Source of the DNA: an uncultured Pseudomonadota bacterium
GTDB lineage: Bacteria; Oederibacteriota; Muellerivitia; Muellerivitales; Muellerivitaceae
Reading direction: 5' to 3'
Length of the DNA: 64,000 bases
NCBI GenBank assembly: GCA_963836235.1
Contig: CAWIIP010000002.1
Span: 1,888,001-1,952,000 of the forward strand
The position numbers were made by a program, and so were the translations under genes. Under the pieces are notes generated by a model. The model was not told the DNA's origin, searched no databases, and saw nothing but the letters and a program-made list of their open reading frames with translations. Positions 31,160 through 40,464 of the stretch are shown here, piece after piece; position 1 is the first letter of the stretch, and every line of letters begins with the position of its first letter.

Positions 31160-31305
31160 GAATAGCCTTTAGGATCAATTTTCAGTATTGGCTTGGACAT
31201 TCAAGATATAAGCTTGAAGTTTGTTGGACGAGAATTTCTGAATTTTATCAGTAATGAGAGCGAGGAAACAGAGCCTTTTCATTACCGTTTGGATAGAATG
31301 CCGCC

Positions 31306-32235
31306 ATGGATGATTTAACCCACGCCTTGGCGGGCACCCTCATGGCCCGAACCCATCCCTCGAAAAAAAGGGGATTGGTTTTGGCCTGCGTTTTCGGAAG
31401 CCTGATTCCCGATATCGACATTGTCCTGACCTTTTGGGGAAAGAATTTTTTCATCACCGAACACCGGGGCTTCACCCACTCCCTCTGGGGGCTTTTGCCC
31501 ATGTCTTTCTTGGCGGCGGGGGCGGCCTGGCTTTGGGCACGGAAAAAAGAGGACGGCGCTTCCTTCCGACTTCTCTGGGCCATGGCTCTGCTGGGGGTTC
31601 TTTCCCACATCCTGTTGGACTGGTGCACTTCGTGGGGCACGATGATTTTCTGGCCCGACCGCGCCCGTTTTTCCCTGGACCATCTTTTCATTATCGACCT
31701 TTGGTACATGGGCGTCTTGGCCCTGCCGATCGCTTGTAGCTTTTACTGGAAGGAATACCGGAGCCGGATTTGCGCCGCCGGGATCGCATTGACGCTCGCT
31801 TATCACGCCCTGGTGGCCTTCAACCATTCGAAGGCCCTGGCGATCGCGGGGGACGGCCATCCGGGAGCCTGGACTGCCGCTTTTCCCCAGCCCTTTTCGC
31901 CTTTCCGCTGGTCGGCCTATAACCGGGATAACGGATTTTTAAGAAACGCCCGGATCGATTTCCTCCAAAACGCCCAACCCCTGGAATGGAGCCAGTGGCC
32001 GGAGCCCTCGAAGACCGCCGCCGTCCAGGCCGTCCTGGATTCGCCCCGGGGAAAACAATTTATGTGGTTCGCCCGGGTGCCGATGTGGCGGGAAGAGCTG
32101 CAAGCGGATGGAAGCACAGCGGTTTATTTTTGGGATTTGCGGTTCAACGCTTTTGGACGCTCGGGGCAGGAATCCAGGCGGTTCGGCGAGCGGTTCATCG
32201 TTAAGGATGGACGGGTGACGGAAGGCGGCTTTTGA
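31306..32235 (+). CDS. Membrane-bound metal-dependent hydrolase (YdjM/DUF457-like)
   Basis: MDDLTHAL, PDID, HRGFTHSL, SHILLDWCTSWG. Confidence 0.88.
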   Translation: MDDLTHALAGTLMARTHPSKKRGLVLACVFGSLIPDIDIVLTFWGKNFFITEHRGFTHSLWGLLPMSFLAAGAAWLWARKKEDGASFRLLWAMALLGVLSHILLDWCTSWGTMIFWPDRARFSLDHLFIIDLWYMGVLALPIACSFYWKEYRSRICAAGIALTLAYHALVAFNHSKALAIAGDGHPGAWTAAFPQPFSPFRWSAYNRDNGFLRNARIDFLQNAQPLEWSQWPEPSKTAAVQAVLDSPRGKQFMWFARVPMWREELQADGSTAVYFWDLRFNAFGRSGQESRRFGERFIVKDGRVTEGGF

Positions 32236-32247
32236 GCAAGCCGGTTT

Positions 32248-32628
32248 TTATTTTTTCTGCGTGATTCCTAAGACTCCCAGGGTGGCGATGATGGCGCAAA
32301 TCTTTCCTCCAATGTCCGCGGCGGCTACGCTGATTTTTTCCTCCTCGGTGGGCTTTTCCCCTTTGGTTCCATACTCGGCGGCAAAAAATTCATTGAGTTC
32401 GTAACGGTCGGTCCAATCGGTGATGGGTTGCTGATGGGTTTCCAAGGTCAAGTCGCCCGATCCAAAGACGAGGCCCTTAGGAGATTTAGGTTTTTTCCGA
32501 AAGAGGGAGAGCGCTGGATAGGTTTTCTTTTTTTTCTGGTGAACCGGTTGTGGCGAGGTCTGGGCGGCGAGAGGTTGGAAAAGAAGCGCCCCGATTAAAA
32601 GGGAATAAAGGCTCCAGAATTTTCGCAT
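32248..32628 (-). CDS. Hypothetical secreted/membrane protein
   Basis: Signal peptide and C-terminal hydrophobic helix. Confidence 0.55.
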   Translation of the reverse strand: MRKFWSLYSLLIGALLFQPLAAQTSPQPVHQKKKKTYPALSLFRKKPKSPKGLVFGSGDLTLETHQQPITDWTDRYELNEFFAAEYGTKGEKPTEEEKISVAAADIGGKICAIIATLGVLGITQKK

Positions 32629-32706
32629 AACGCCTTCAAAAGTAAGGAGGGCTCCATGGTCGATCAAGCGGGGAAAAGGCCGGGATTTTGACTCAATAAA
32701 GAGTTT

Positions 32707-32751
32707 TTAAATTTTCCCGCGCCCTTCGAGAGCTTTAAGAAGAGTCGTTTC
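32707..32751 (-). repeat. Diverged copy of the recR 3' end (45 bp)
   Basis: Encodes ETTLLKALEGRGKI* vs RecR ETTLLKALEGRREI*; most nucleotide differences synonymous. Confidence 0.85.
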
Positions 32752-32798
32752 ATGGCGCAGTTACATAGACCTATTGGGAGTGCGGCACAGAAAGACGA

Positions 32799-33401
32799 TT
32801 ATATTTCTCGGCGTCCCTCTAAAGCTTTGAGGAGTGTCGTTTCGTCTGCGTATTCCACATCGCCGCCGGAGGGCATGCCCCGCGCCAGGCGGGTCACCTT
32901 GATAGGCACGTCTTTTAACAACTGCTGGATATAGAGGGCGGTGGAGTCACCTTCGACCGTGGGATCGGTAGCCACAATCACCTCTTTAAATGTTCCCCCT
33001 TTTTTAATTCGCTCCACCAGGGAGTCCAGGGTCAAATCCTGGGGGCCTCGGCCTTCCAGGGGTGACAAGGTTCCGCCCAAAACATGATAAAGGCCGTGAT
33101 ATTCATGAGTGCGCTCGAAGGCCACTAAGTCGCTGGGATCTTCCACCACTAACAGCGAAGTTCTATCCCGGGTCGACATTCGGCAAATGTGACAAAGGAT
33201 TTCTTCCGTCAGGTTAAAACAATCTTTACAAGGGTGGAGCTTGGTGCGGGCGTCGACCAGAGCGGTCGAAAGGGCTTTGGACGTATCGAGGGGCTGCTTC
33301 AAAAGATGAAAGGCCAAACGTTGGGCCGTGCGAGGCCCGATTCCGGGAAGTTTCGCCAACTCGTGTAACAAATGTTCAAGGGATGGAGGGTACTCGGCCA
33401 T
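32799..33401 (-). CDS. recR: Recombination mediator RecR
   Basis: KLPGIGPRTAQRLAFHLL, C4 zinc finger, YHVLGG, TVEGDSTA, VTRLARG. Confidence 0.97.
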   Translation of the reverse strand: MAEYPPSLEHLLHELAKLPGIGPRTAQRLAFHLLKQPLDTSKALSTALVDARTKLHPCKDCFNLTEEILCHICRMSTRDRTSLLVVEDPSDLVAFERTHEYHGLYHVLGGTLSPLEGRGPQDLTLDSLVERIKKGGTFKEVIVATDPTVEGDSTALYIQQLLKDVPIKVTRLARGMPSGGDVEYADETTLLKALEGRREI

Positions 33402-33404
33402 TCG

Positions 33405-33719
33405 TTAAAACATTCCAGGCAAGCCCAACCCACCGGTCATCTTGGATATTTCTTCCTTCAACCGGGCATTCACCTGTTGGCCCGCCTCATTGGTGGCGGT
33501 TTGGACGAGGTTCTGGAGCATTTCCACGTCGCCGGAAGCCGCTACCTTGGGATCAATGACCACTTTTTGGACCTGATGCTTACCGTTCATCGTCACCGAA
33601 ACCGCGCCTCCACCCGCCGTGCCGATAAAGGATTGGCTTTCCAACTCCTTTTGGAACTGGCTCATTTTTTCCTTCAGGCCCTGTGCCTGGCGGAGCATGT
33701 CGAACATGTTGGGCATCAA
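33405..33719 (-). CDS. ybaB: YbaB/EbfC nucleoid-associated protein
   Basis: GTAGGGAVSVTMNG, DVEMLQNLV..A.N; directly upstream of recR. Confidence 0.95.
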   Translation of the reverse strand: MMPNMFDMLRQAQGLKEKMSQFQKELESQSFIGTAGGGAVSVTMNGKHQVQKVVIDPKVAASGDVEMLQNLVQTATNEAGQQVNARLKEEISKMTGGLGLPGMF

Positions 33720-33800
33720 TTACTCCGAGAAGATTTAATTATCATCCGTTAAAAAATCTATAAATTGTTACCAGGGACCTATTTTGCTAACATTTTACCC

Positions 33801-35522
33801 ATGAAGCGAGCCTTTAATGATTCCGCCCAAAGTCTTGATTTAAAGCGGATCGAATCTTTCTCACTTCAATTTCCCATCCTCGTTTCATTCTCGATCACTT
33901 TCATTTTACTATGCCTCCAATTGTATTTCATTAAACCTTATTTTTTGGTGAATGACGATATTTACAAGCTTTTGTTAGTCAAGGGAATCGGAATTACTTC
34001 CGCGCCGACACCCTTTTTTATCCTCTCCAATATTCTGCTGGGGCTGTTTTTCATGAAGTGGTACGCCTGGTTCCCGTCCGTTCCTTTATATAGTTGTTTA
34101 TTATGCGCCGTCCAATTTTTATCACTATGGGCTTTTCTTTGGATTTTATGTTTGAGATCCACCTGGTGGTTTCATTTACTTTTATTCGTCGTTTCCTGTG
34201 CGGGCGTTCACTTTATTTTTTTCACGTACCTCCAATTCACGGAAGCGGCTTCAACGGCGGCGGCGGCGGGAATATTGCTTTTCGTTTTCTCGATGAAACC
34301 TGACCCTGGTCACCGGACCCACGCCAGGATTTTTTCGGGAATTCTATTGATGTCGTCCTGGCTTATCCGGCCCGATTCTTTCCTGATCGTCCTATTGGCC
34401 TCGGCACCCCTGGTTTTATTTGAATTAAGGAAGGTGGACCCGGAGGCGATTCTCAAAGAACAGTGGAAATTTTTTTCCGCGATCATCTTGCTGATTTTTC
34501 TTTCCGCCGGGTTCAATTTTGCATGGTTTCAGAAGCATCAAGATTGGAAAGATTTTCAGAGCTTTGCCGTAGAACTCCAAAAGACCCTTGAATTCCAATC
34601 CTCCGATTATTCTCCGAAGACAAAGCCTGTTTTTGATTCGGTTGGCTGGTCCGAAAACGATTATTGGCTTTTTAGGGATTGGTATTTCATGGACCAGCAA
34701 AAATTTAGTATTTCGAACTTCCGAAAATTCCGGGCCCAATTTCCCCGAATGGGTACCGAAGGGAAAAGAGGATCTTTCAGCTCGCCCATGGAATTGTTCG
34801 CTTCCTCTTGGGACAAGAGAATCTTTCTTTATTTTTGTGTGTTTTGGGTCTTTTGCAGGGGTAGCGTTTTTCGTTTCCTTTTTGTCCAATTCTTATGGAT
34901 AGGCCTGATTTTTTTATTTTTGATTTATTTCATGAAGGCAACCGACCGAGTGACACTTCCCCTCCTGGCCTATTTGATGAACCTGGCAATTTATTACGCC
35001 GAACGTCCCTCAACAGGAGACCTTGGAGGGGGTTCGATTTTGGAGCGATTTCTTCCCTGGTCTAAGATCATTCTGTTGTGCGTGGCTTTTGCCGCGGCCT
35101 TTCCCGAGGTGAAAGATTATTACCTTCAAAACCTACAAAATCAAAAGACGGAAAACCAGGTCAAGGTTTGTTTAAAACAGCTTCATCCATCGGAAAAACA
35201 GCTTTATATCATGCTACAATTTCCATTTGAGATTTTTAATGCTTTTGATGACCTTGAATGTTTGCGGCCTTTTCGAATCTTCTTTGCCTCGGTAAATGAA
35301 AGAAGCCCCACTTCAATTAAAGTCCTGGATGAATTCAAGATTAAGGATGTTTTTAGGGACGCGGTCGACAATCCCAATATCTTTATGATTTGTAATAGAG
35401 AGGAAGGCCTTCATTACTACGCTTACTTAAAAGAAAATTACCATATTAATATCTATGCCCAGAAGATTTACGATTGTGGCTATTTTAAAGTGTTTTCCAT
35501 ACATTCCCGGAAAGAGTCTTAA
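33801..35522 (+). CDS. AT-rich polytopic membrane protein (possible GT-C-like surface-modification enzyme)
   Basis: Many TM segments; N-terminal NDD acidic motif after the first TM; W..IRPDS; antisense between dnaX and ybaB. Confidence 0.6.
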   Translation: MKRAFNDSAQSLDLKRIESFSLQFPILVSFSITFILLCLQLYFIKPYFLVNDDIYKLLLVKGIGITSAPTPFFILSNILLGLFFMKWYAWFPSVPLYSCLLCAVQFLSLWAFLWILCLRSTWWFHLLLFVVSCAGVHFIFFTYLQFTEAASTAAAAGILLFVFSMKPDPGHRTHARIFSGILLMSSWLIRPDSFLIVLLASAPLVLFELRKVDPEAILKEQWKFFSAIILLIFLSAGFNFAWFQKHQDWKDFQSFAVELQKTLEFQSSDYSPKTKPVFDSVGWSENDYWLFRDWYFMDQQKFSISNFRKFRAQFPRMGTEGKRGSFSSPMELFASSWDKRIFLYFCVFWVFCRGSVFRFLFVQFLWIGLIFLFLIYFMKATDRVTLPLLAYLMNLAIYYAERPSTGDLGGGSILERFLPWSKIILLCVAFAAAFPEVKDYYLQNLQNQKTENQVKVCLKQLHPSEKQLYIMLQFPFEIFNAFDDLECLRPFRIFFASVNERSPTSIKVLDEFKIKDVFRDAVDNPNIFMICNREEGLHYYAYLKENYHINIYAQKIYDCGYFKVFSIHSRKES

Positions 35523-35555
35523 ACAGATCATTGGATGAATTGAAAATCGATAAAA

Positions 35556-37328
35556 TCATTTTTGAGAGCTGTTTCGTTTCACTTCCACGATCTTACCCCC
35601 GAACATCTTGAGGGCGGCGGCGACAATCGGTTCTTCCTTTTCCAATTTCTCGATATCGATTTTGGGCGCGGAAAGGGGTTTGGGAGCGCGTAAAGCCGGG
35701 GATTTGTCGGGAGCCGAGGCGGTACCCTCCGGCAATACCGGCACCAAGCTGATTTTGCGACCGAGCATTTCCTCCAAAAGTTTTTCCACCAACATTTTGT
35801 TCTCCGGCTTGGACAATTGTTCGTGATGGAAAGGCCCTTTGCAGACCAGGATCAAGGCTCCTTCATCGATGTGCTTGGGCCGGGTATCCCGCAAAACCCC
35901 TTCCAGCATTTTCTTTTGGGTGGCGACCTTCTCGAGGAATTCGGTCCATTGGGATTTAAGCTTAGCCATTTCGGGATTTTTCTCGGCTTCCACCGGGTCC
36001 TCAATTTCATCCACCGCCAGGACCGGTTCACCGACCGAAGGGGAAGATGGGTTAGACGCATAAGAGGATGGAATTTCAGAAACCGACACTTTAGAGGGGA
36101 CCGGGGCTGTTTTAGCGGGCGCCGAAGGACCGCTGTTGGGGCCAAGGTTCCCCACTTCCTTGAAACGGCCGGGGGCGGGCTGGACGGCAGGAGAACCGCT
36201 TTCCATCTGCTTGAGCAAATCTCCGACGGAAGTCAGCTGTTTTAACCGGCAAAGTTCTAGCACCAGGGTTTCCAGGATGATCTGCGGATTGGCGGAGTGG
36301 CGCACCGCCCATTCCTGCTCAATGAGCAGTCGTAAAGAGGAGAGGATTTGGGCTTCCTCCATTTGGGAGGAATAGTGGACTAGTTTTTGGGCTTCGTCCG
36401 CGGCCAAGGGAATCAGTGAAGGGGCGGAGGAAGGATAGGCCTTGGCCACGGCTAGGTGCCGGAAGGTCTCCAAGAGGCCCGCGTAGAAATGCTCCAAGTC
36501 CTTGCCGCCGTCGATCACGCTTTTAATGATGGTCAGGGTCGAAGGGGCGTCTTGGTTGATGGCGGCTTCCACCAGTTTCAAATAAACTTCACCTTCGATG
36601 GTGCCCAACACTATACGGATATCTTCGATGGTGATTTTCTTGCCGGAGAAGGCCACCAATTGATCCAGGTTCCTTTGGGCATCCCGCATGGAACCTTTTC
36701 CCGACCGGGCGATTTGATAGAGGGCCTTATCGTCGATTTCAATTTGTTCCGCGTCGGCGATGCGGCGCAATTGCTTCAACAAGGTTTCAAGGCTCATGGA
36801 CCTGAATTCGAACCTTTGGCACCGGGATTGGACCGTCGCGGGAAAGGCGTGAATTTCAGTGGAGGCCAGGATGAAGATGACGTGATCGGGGGGTTCTTCC
36901 AGGGTTTTGAGGAAAGCGTCAAAAGCGGGTTTGGAAATACGGTGCGCTTCGTCAAAAATATACACCTTATATTTAGCCTTGGCGGGGGCGTTTCCCACCC
37001 TTTGTTGCAGCTCGCGAATATCATCGATCCCGTTAACCGCCGCCGCGTCGATCTCGACGATATCGAAAGAAGTCCCGTTATTCACCTCCTCACAAATATC
37101 GCAGGTGTTGCAGGGCTCGGCGTCCTTGAGGTTGCGGCAGTTGAGGGCCTTGGCGAAGATACGGGCGGTAGTGGTTTTGCCGACCCCCCGGGGCCCGGCG
37201 AAGATATAGGCATGGGCCACCCGGTCGGCCTTGATGGCGTTTTGCAGGGTGCGGGTGATATGTTCCTGGCCCACCATGTCGGCGAAAACCTGTGGTCGCC
37301 ATTTGAGAGCCATGACTTGGGGGGACAT
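35556..37328 (-). CDS. dnaX: DNA polymerase III subunit gamma/tau
   Basis: KWRPQ, GPRGVGKTT, PCNTCDIC, DEAH, LKTLEEPP, SRCQ, GSMRDA. Confidence 0.97.
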   Translation of the reverse strand: MSPQVMALKWRPQVFADMVGQEHITRTLQNAIKADRVAHAYIFAGPRGVGKTTTARIFAKALNCRNLKDAEPCNTCDICEEVNNGTSFDIVEIDAAAVNGIDDIRELQQRVGNAPAKAKYKVYIFDEAHRISKPAFDAFLKTLEEPPDHVIFILASTEIHAFPATVQSRCQRFEFRSMSLETLLKQLRRIADAEQIEIDDKALYQIARSGKGSMRDAQRNLDQLVAFSGKKITIEDIRIVLGTIEGEVYLKLVEAAINQDAPSTLTIIKSVIDGGKDLEHFYAGLLETFRHLAVAKAYPSSAPSLIPLAADEAQKLVHYSSQMEEAQILSSLRLLIEQEWAVRHSANPQIILETLVLELCRLKQLTSVGDLLKQMESGSPAVQPAPGRFKEVGNLGPNSGPSAPAKTAPVPSKVSVSEIPSSYASNPSSPSVGEPVLAVDEIEDPVEAEKNPEMAKLKSQWTEFLEKVATQKKMLEGVLRDTRPKHIDEGALILVCKGPFHHEQLSKPENKMLVEKLLEEMLGRKISLVPVLPEGTASAPDKSPALRAPKPLSAPKIDIEKLEKEEPIVAAALKMFGGKIVEVKRNSSQK

Positions 37329-37390
37329 AAATATCCTTAAAACTCATTACTTAACACTCGCCGCCCAAAGGGCGGCGCTTCACCACGCCG

Positions 37391-37493
37391 TGGGAGCCAG
37401 GTTGCCTACAACACCCGAACATCGACCTGACCGTTGCTTCCTTCCGGACCTAGCGGAGTTGGGGCCGCATCGCCGTATAGGACCCGACTCCCA
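37391..37493 (-). ncRNA. ffs: Signal recognition particle RNA (4.5S)
   Basis: Minus strand contains AGGTCCGGAAGGAAGCAACG (domain IV); terminal stem TGGGAG/CTCCCA; canonical position upstream of dnaX. Confidence 0.92.
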
Positions 37494-37580
37494 CGCCGGG
37501 GTGAGTGGACCATCTTAATCGAAAAAGCGCGGATTTTTCCATGTCCGTTGGTTATGAGGGAAGAATGAGTCTTAAAAACA

Positions 37581-37671
37581 TGGCGGAGAGAAAGGGATTC
37601 GAACCCTTGAGACCCTTTTGGAGCCTACACGCTTTCCAGGCGTGCGCCTTCGACCGCTCGGCCATCTCTCC
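37581..37671 (-). tRNA. tRNA-Ser(GGA)
   Basis: GGAGAGA acceptor, loop CTGGAAA, long variable arm, CCA end. Confidence 0.95.
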
Positions 37672-37722
37672 ACGTCAAAAAAACAAAGGCGAGGCAAGCC
37701 TCGCCTGTAAAAGTGAAAAAAT

Positions 37723-37798
37723 TGGTGGAGATGAGCGGGATCGAACCGCTGACCTTCTCGTTGCGAACGAGACGCTCTCCCAACTGAGCTACATCCCC
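37723..37798 (-). tRNA. tRNA-Ala(CGC)
   Basis: GGGGATG acceptor with G3:U70, loop TTCGCAA, CCA end. Confidence 0.93.
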
Positions 37799-37804
37799 AC
37801 TTAA

Positions 37805-38239
37805 CTAGACCCTACGGATTTCCTTGAAAAATTCACTCAAAATCCGCGAGCATTCTTCCTTTAATATACCGCCGGTTATTTTGACCCGGTGGTTCAATTT
37901 CGGGTTATCCAGCACCCGGGCCGTGCTTTCCACCGCTCCCGCCTTGGGATCGACGGTTCCATAAAAGAGGTTCCGGATTCTCGATAACACGATGGCCCCG
38001 CCGCACATGGTGCAGGGTTCCAGGGTTACATACAAATCACAATCGGTTAAGCGCCAGCTCTTAAGCTTCTTCGAGGCCTTATTCAAGGCCATCATTTCGG
38101 CATGGGTCAAGGCGCTCTGTTTTGATTCGGTCAGGTTGTGTCCCCGCCCAATCACTTTGCCGTCTTTCACAACAACCGCTCCTACGGGAACTTCGCCTTT
38201 TCGGGCGGCCTTACGGGCTTCCTTCAATGCCAATCGCAT
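37805..38239 (-). CDS. tadA: tRNA adenosine(34) deaminase
   Basis: GEVPVGAV, HAE, YVTLEPCTMC, DPKAGA, LNH; the true start may be a few codons upstream (CTG 38263). Confidence 0.95.
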   Translation of the reverse strand: MRLALKEARKAARKGEVPVGAVVVKDGKVIGRGHNLTESKQSALTHAEMMALNKASKKLKSWRLTDCDLYVTLEPCTMCGGAIVLSRIRNLFYGTVDPKAGAVESTARVLDNPKLNHRVKITGGILKEECSRILSEFFKEIRRV

Positions 38240-38281
38240 GAAGTGTTCGTGAGAATAATTCAGGGTCTGCCTCAGTAAAGA

Positions 38282-38358
38282 TGGTGCGCCTGGAGGGATT
38301 TGAACCCCCAACCCTCTGATCCGTAGTCAGATACTCTATCCAGTTGAGCTACAGGCGC
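38282..38358 (-). tRNA. tRNA-Arg(ACG)
   Basis: GCGCCTG acceptor, loop CTACGGA, CCA end. Confidence 0.95.
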
Positions 38359-38450
38359 ATCCGGTTCTTCCCCAAAACTCCGGGAAAGGACGAGTATATT
38401 ACCCAAAACCGTATTTTTATCGCAAGTATAAAGGGCTTTTTCCCGAAGGC

Positions 38451-39056
38451 CTATTTATCCCAAAAACCCGACAAAAGAAGGATTCCGACGATCCCAAACG
38501 CGAGGGCGGCGATCTTCTGGAGAAGCGGGGGACTAAGCGACTTTTTGGCGTGATGGCCGATCCAAACCCCCAAAGCGGTGGTGGTCCAAAGGGCCAAGGT
38601 GGCCGAAATAAAAATGGTCAAGAGTTTGTGGGTTTTAGCCACCAGGGTGGCGGTGGCCAATTGGGTCAGGTCGCCCCACTCGGCGATGAAAATGACCACA
38701 AAAGAAGTCCAGACGATTTTCCAAAAATCCCCTTGGGCTTGTAGGCGGGTTTTTCCTTCCTTTTCCTCACGCTTGAACCACATCAGTAACGCGAAAACTA
38801 AAAAGAGAATCCCCGATCCCATATGGACGATATGGGCCGGTAACAGGCTGAAGACGCTTCCAAAAAGGACGGCAACGATGTTCTGGACAACGAAAGCCAG
38901 GGCGACACCGGTAAATACGGCGTAGGGATGATGTCGGCTGGCGAGAATCACGATGGCCACGGCGGTCTTGTCCGGCAATTCGGCCAGGAAGATCAAGGCG
39001 AAGGTAGAAAAGAAAAGAGCCCGGTCCAAGTTCAGTTGAAAAAAATTATTTTCCAT
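38451..39056 (-). CDS. TMEM165/GDT1 (UPF0016) Ca2+/Mn2+ transporter
   Basis: Two repeats: FLAELPDKT and FIAEWGDLTQ. Confidence 0.92.
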   Translation of the reverse strand: MENNFFQLNLDRALFFSTFALIFLAELPDKTAVAIVILASRHHPYAVFTGVALAFVVQNIVAVLFGSVFSLLPAHIVHMGSGILFLVFALLMWFKREEKEGKTRLQAQGDFWKIVWTSFVVIFIAEWGDLTQLATATLVAKTHKLLTIFISATLALWTTTALGVWIGHHAKKSLSPPLLQKIAALAFGIVGILLLSGFWDK

Positions 39057-39215
39057 ACTACGCCTATGATAACCAGTCGAATAAAGGGATTCACTCGTTT
39101 TCCAGAGGGATAAGAAAATGCGAGGGCCGGGTAGGTTGAAACTTTTCAGGGATGCGCTCCGTCCTAATTGCGGCAGCGAGAGACTGCCGGCGGACAACTT
39201 TAGGAGGAAAATGCC

Positions 39216-39788
39216 ATGAAAGGTCTACTTATCGTTTTGACGGGTCTGTTGTTTTTGGGGAGCGTTACCTTGGTATTAGCCACTACCGAAGCGAAACTTC
39301 ACAAGGTGAAGCACCATTTGAAGAAGGATATTCATAAGGATAAAAAGGATATCTCGAAAGATAAAGAAAAGGAAAAAGCCGACCAAGCGGAGGCCAAGAA
39401 CGCCCTGGACAAAGGCAACGACAAGGCCGCCATCAAGGGCGAGAAAGCCGCCATGGCGGAGAAAAAGGACGTCCAGGCCGACCGCAAGGACATCCACCAG
39501 GATAAAAAGAAGCTGAAGAAAGTGAACAAGGCCATCAAGTCGGACAAAAACGGAACGACCACCGGTAAAACCGCCGGGGATGACTGGCAAAACACCTCGG
39601 GAACAGCGCCCGGTACCAGTTCAGCCCTGAGTAGCCAGACCGGTAACATGCAAACCAAGCCAGGTAATCCGGTTGCGGCTAATCCCGGTACCCAACCCGG
39701 TGGTGCGCCATCCAACCCTGGCGCCAATTCCTCCATGGGCAATCAAGGTGCTCAACAAGGAGTCTTGCAACCCAAGACTGCCAACTAA
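39216..39788 (+). CDS. Secreted Lys/Asp-rich coiled-coil protein with low-complexity tail
   Basis: AGGAGG RBS, signal peptide, KDIHKDKK/KDIHQDKK repeats, terminator downstream. Confidence 0.75.
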   Translation: MKGLLIVLTGLLFLGSVTLVLATTEAKLHKVKHHLKKDIHKDKKDISKDKEKEKADQAEAKNALDKGNDKAAIKGEKAAMAEKKDVQADRKDIHQDKKKLKKVNKAIKSDKNGTTTGKTAGDDWQNTSGTAPGTSSALSSQTGNMQTKPGNPVAANPGTQPGGAPSNPGANSSMGNQGAQQGVLQPKTAN

Positions 39789-39812
39789 GTTTTCGTTTTT
39801 TAGTTTGTTTTT

Positions 39813-39845
39813 AAAGGGCGAGCTGAAAAGCACTCGCCCTTTTTT
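39813..39845 (+). terminator. Rho-independent terminator
   Basis: AAAGGGCGAG...CTCGCCCTTTTTT. Confidence 0.8.
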
Positions 39846-39991
39846 GTTTTGGGGAAAAGGGAAACCTAATGGAAAAACACAACGAACCGTCTTTGTTTAA
39901 CGAAAAAGATTGCGCCTTAAGCGGAAATATTACATGCTGTTCTTCAACGGGTAGGTGGACCGTGGAGCTTAATTTTTTCCAGGGAGGAAGC

Positions 39992-40204
39992 ATGAAGTAT
40001 TTGTCCAAGATATTCGCGCGTTTGATGCTTTGCTTTTTGTTTATGGCCGGAGTTGGAGTCGTGCTGGCGGATGACCACCCGATGGATCATCCGGACCATC
40101 CGGTTGTCCACCATCACAAGAAAAAGAAACGTCATCACAAACCCCCTCACGATGAACATTCAAAGGATGAACATCCGATGGATCATCCAGACGACCATCA
40201 TTGA
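39992..40204 (+). CDS. Small secreted His-rich protein (70 aa)
   Basis: GGAGG RBS, signal peptide ending VLA, HPMDHPD twice. Confidence 0.75.
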   Translation: MKYLSKIFARLMLCFLFMAGVGVVLADDHPMDHPDHPVVHHHKKKKRHHKPPHDEHSKDEHPMDHPDDHH

Positions 40205-40252
40205 TTCAAGGGGTCCGGCTTTTAGGCCGGGCTCAACAGGGTAGTAAAAAAG

Positions 40253-40287
40253 AAAGGGCGGGGCCGAAAGGTTCCCGCTCTTTTTTT
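40253..40287 (+). terminator. Rho-independent terminator
   Basis: AAAGGGCGGGGCCGAAAGGTTCCCGCTCTTTTTTT. Confidence 0.75.
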
Positions 40288-40464
40288 ATGCCCACTTTTT
40301 GAAAACGAAAAAGACCGCGCCCAGCATCGGGGAACCCCATCAATCCGAGCCTTCGGTCAAAACCATAGGGTTCCGGCCTTGGCTAAAAGGCAATAACGCC
40401 TTGAAGCCACTTTGGAAAGGACCTAAACTGTCGCTCCATTCATCCCGGAAAGAAAGGTTTTAAC

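Noticed and set aside
35556-37328. Programmed -1 frameshift in dnaX
   Set aside because: No A AAA AAG or long poly-A slippery site seen
37687-37706. AGGCGAGGCAAGCCTCGCCT palindrome between tRNAs
   Set aside because: Resembles REP-type hairpins but is single-copy here with no RAYT gene; may simply be a processing or terminator hairpin
39057-39215. yybP-ykoY Mn riboswitch upstream of TMEM165
   Set aside because: Consensus elements not recognisable; only a small hairpin near 39171-39189
40288-40464. SAM or cobalamin riboswitch upstream of metH
   Set aside because: No recognisable S-box or B12-box motif; an Rfam scan would settle it
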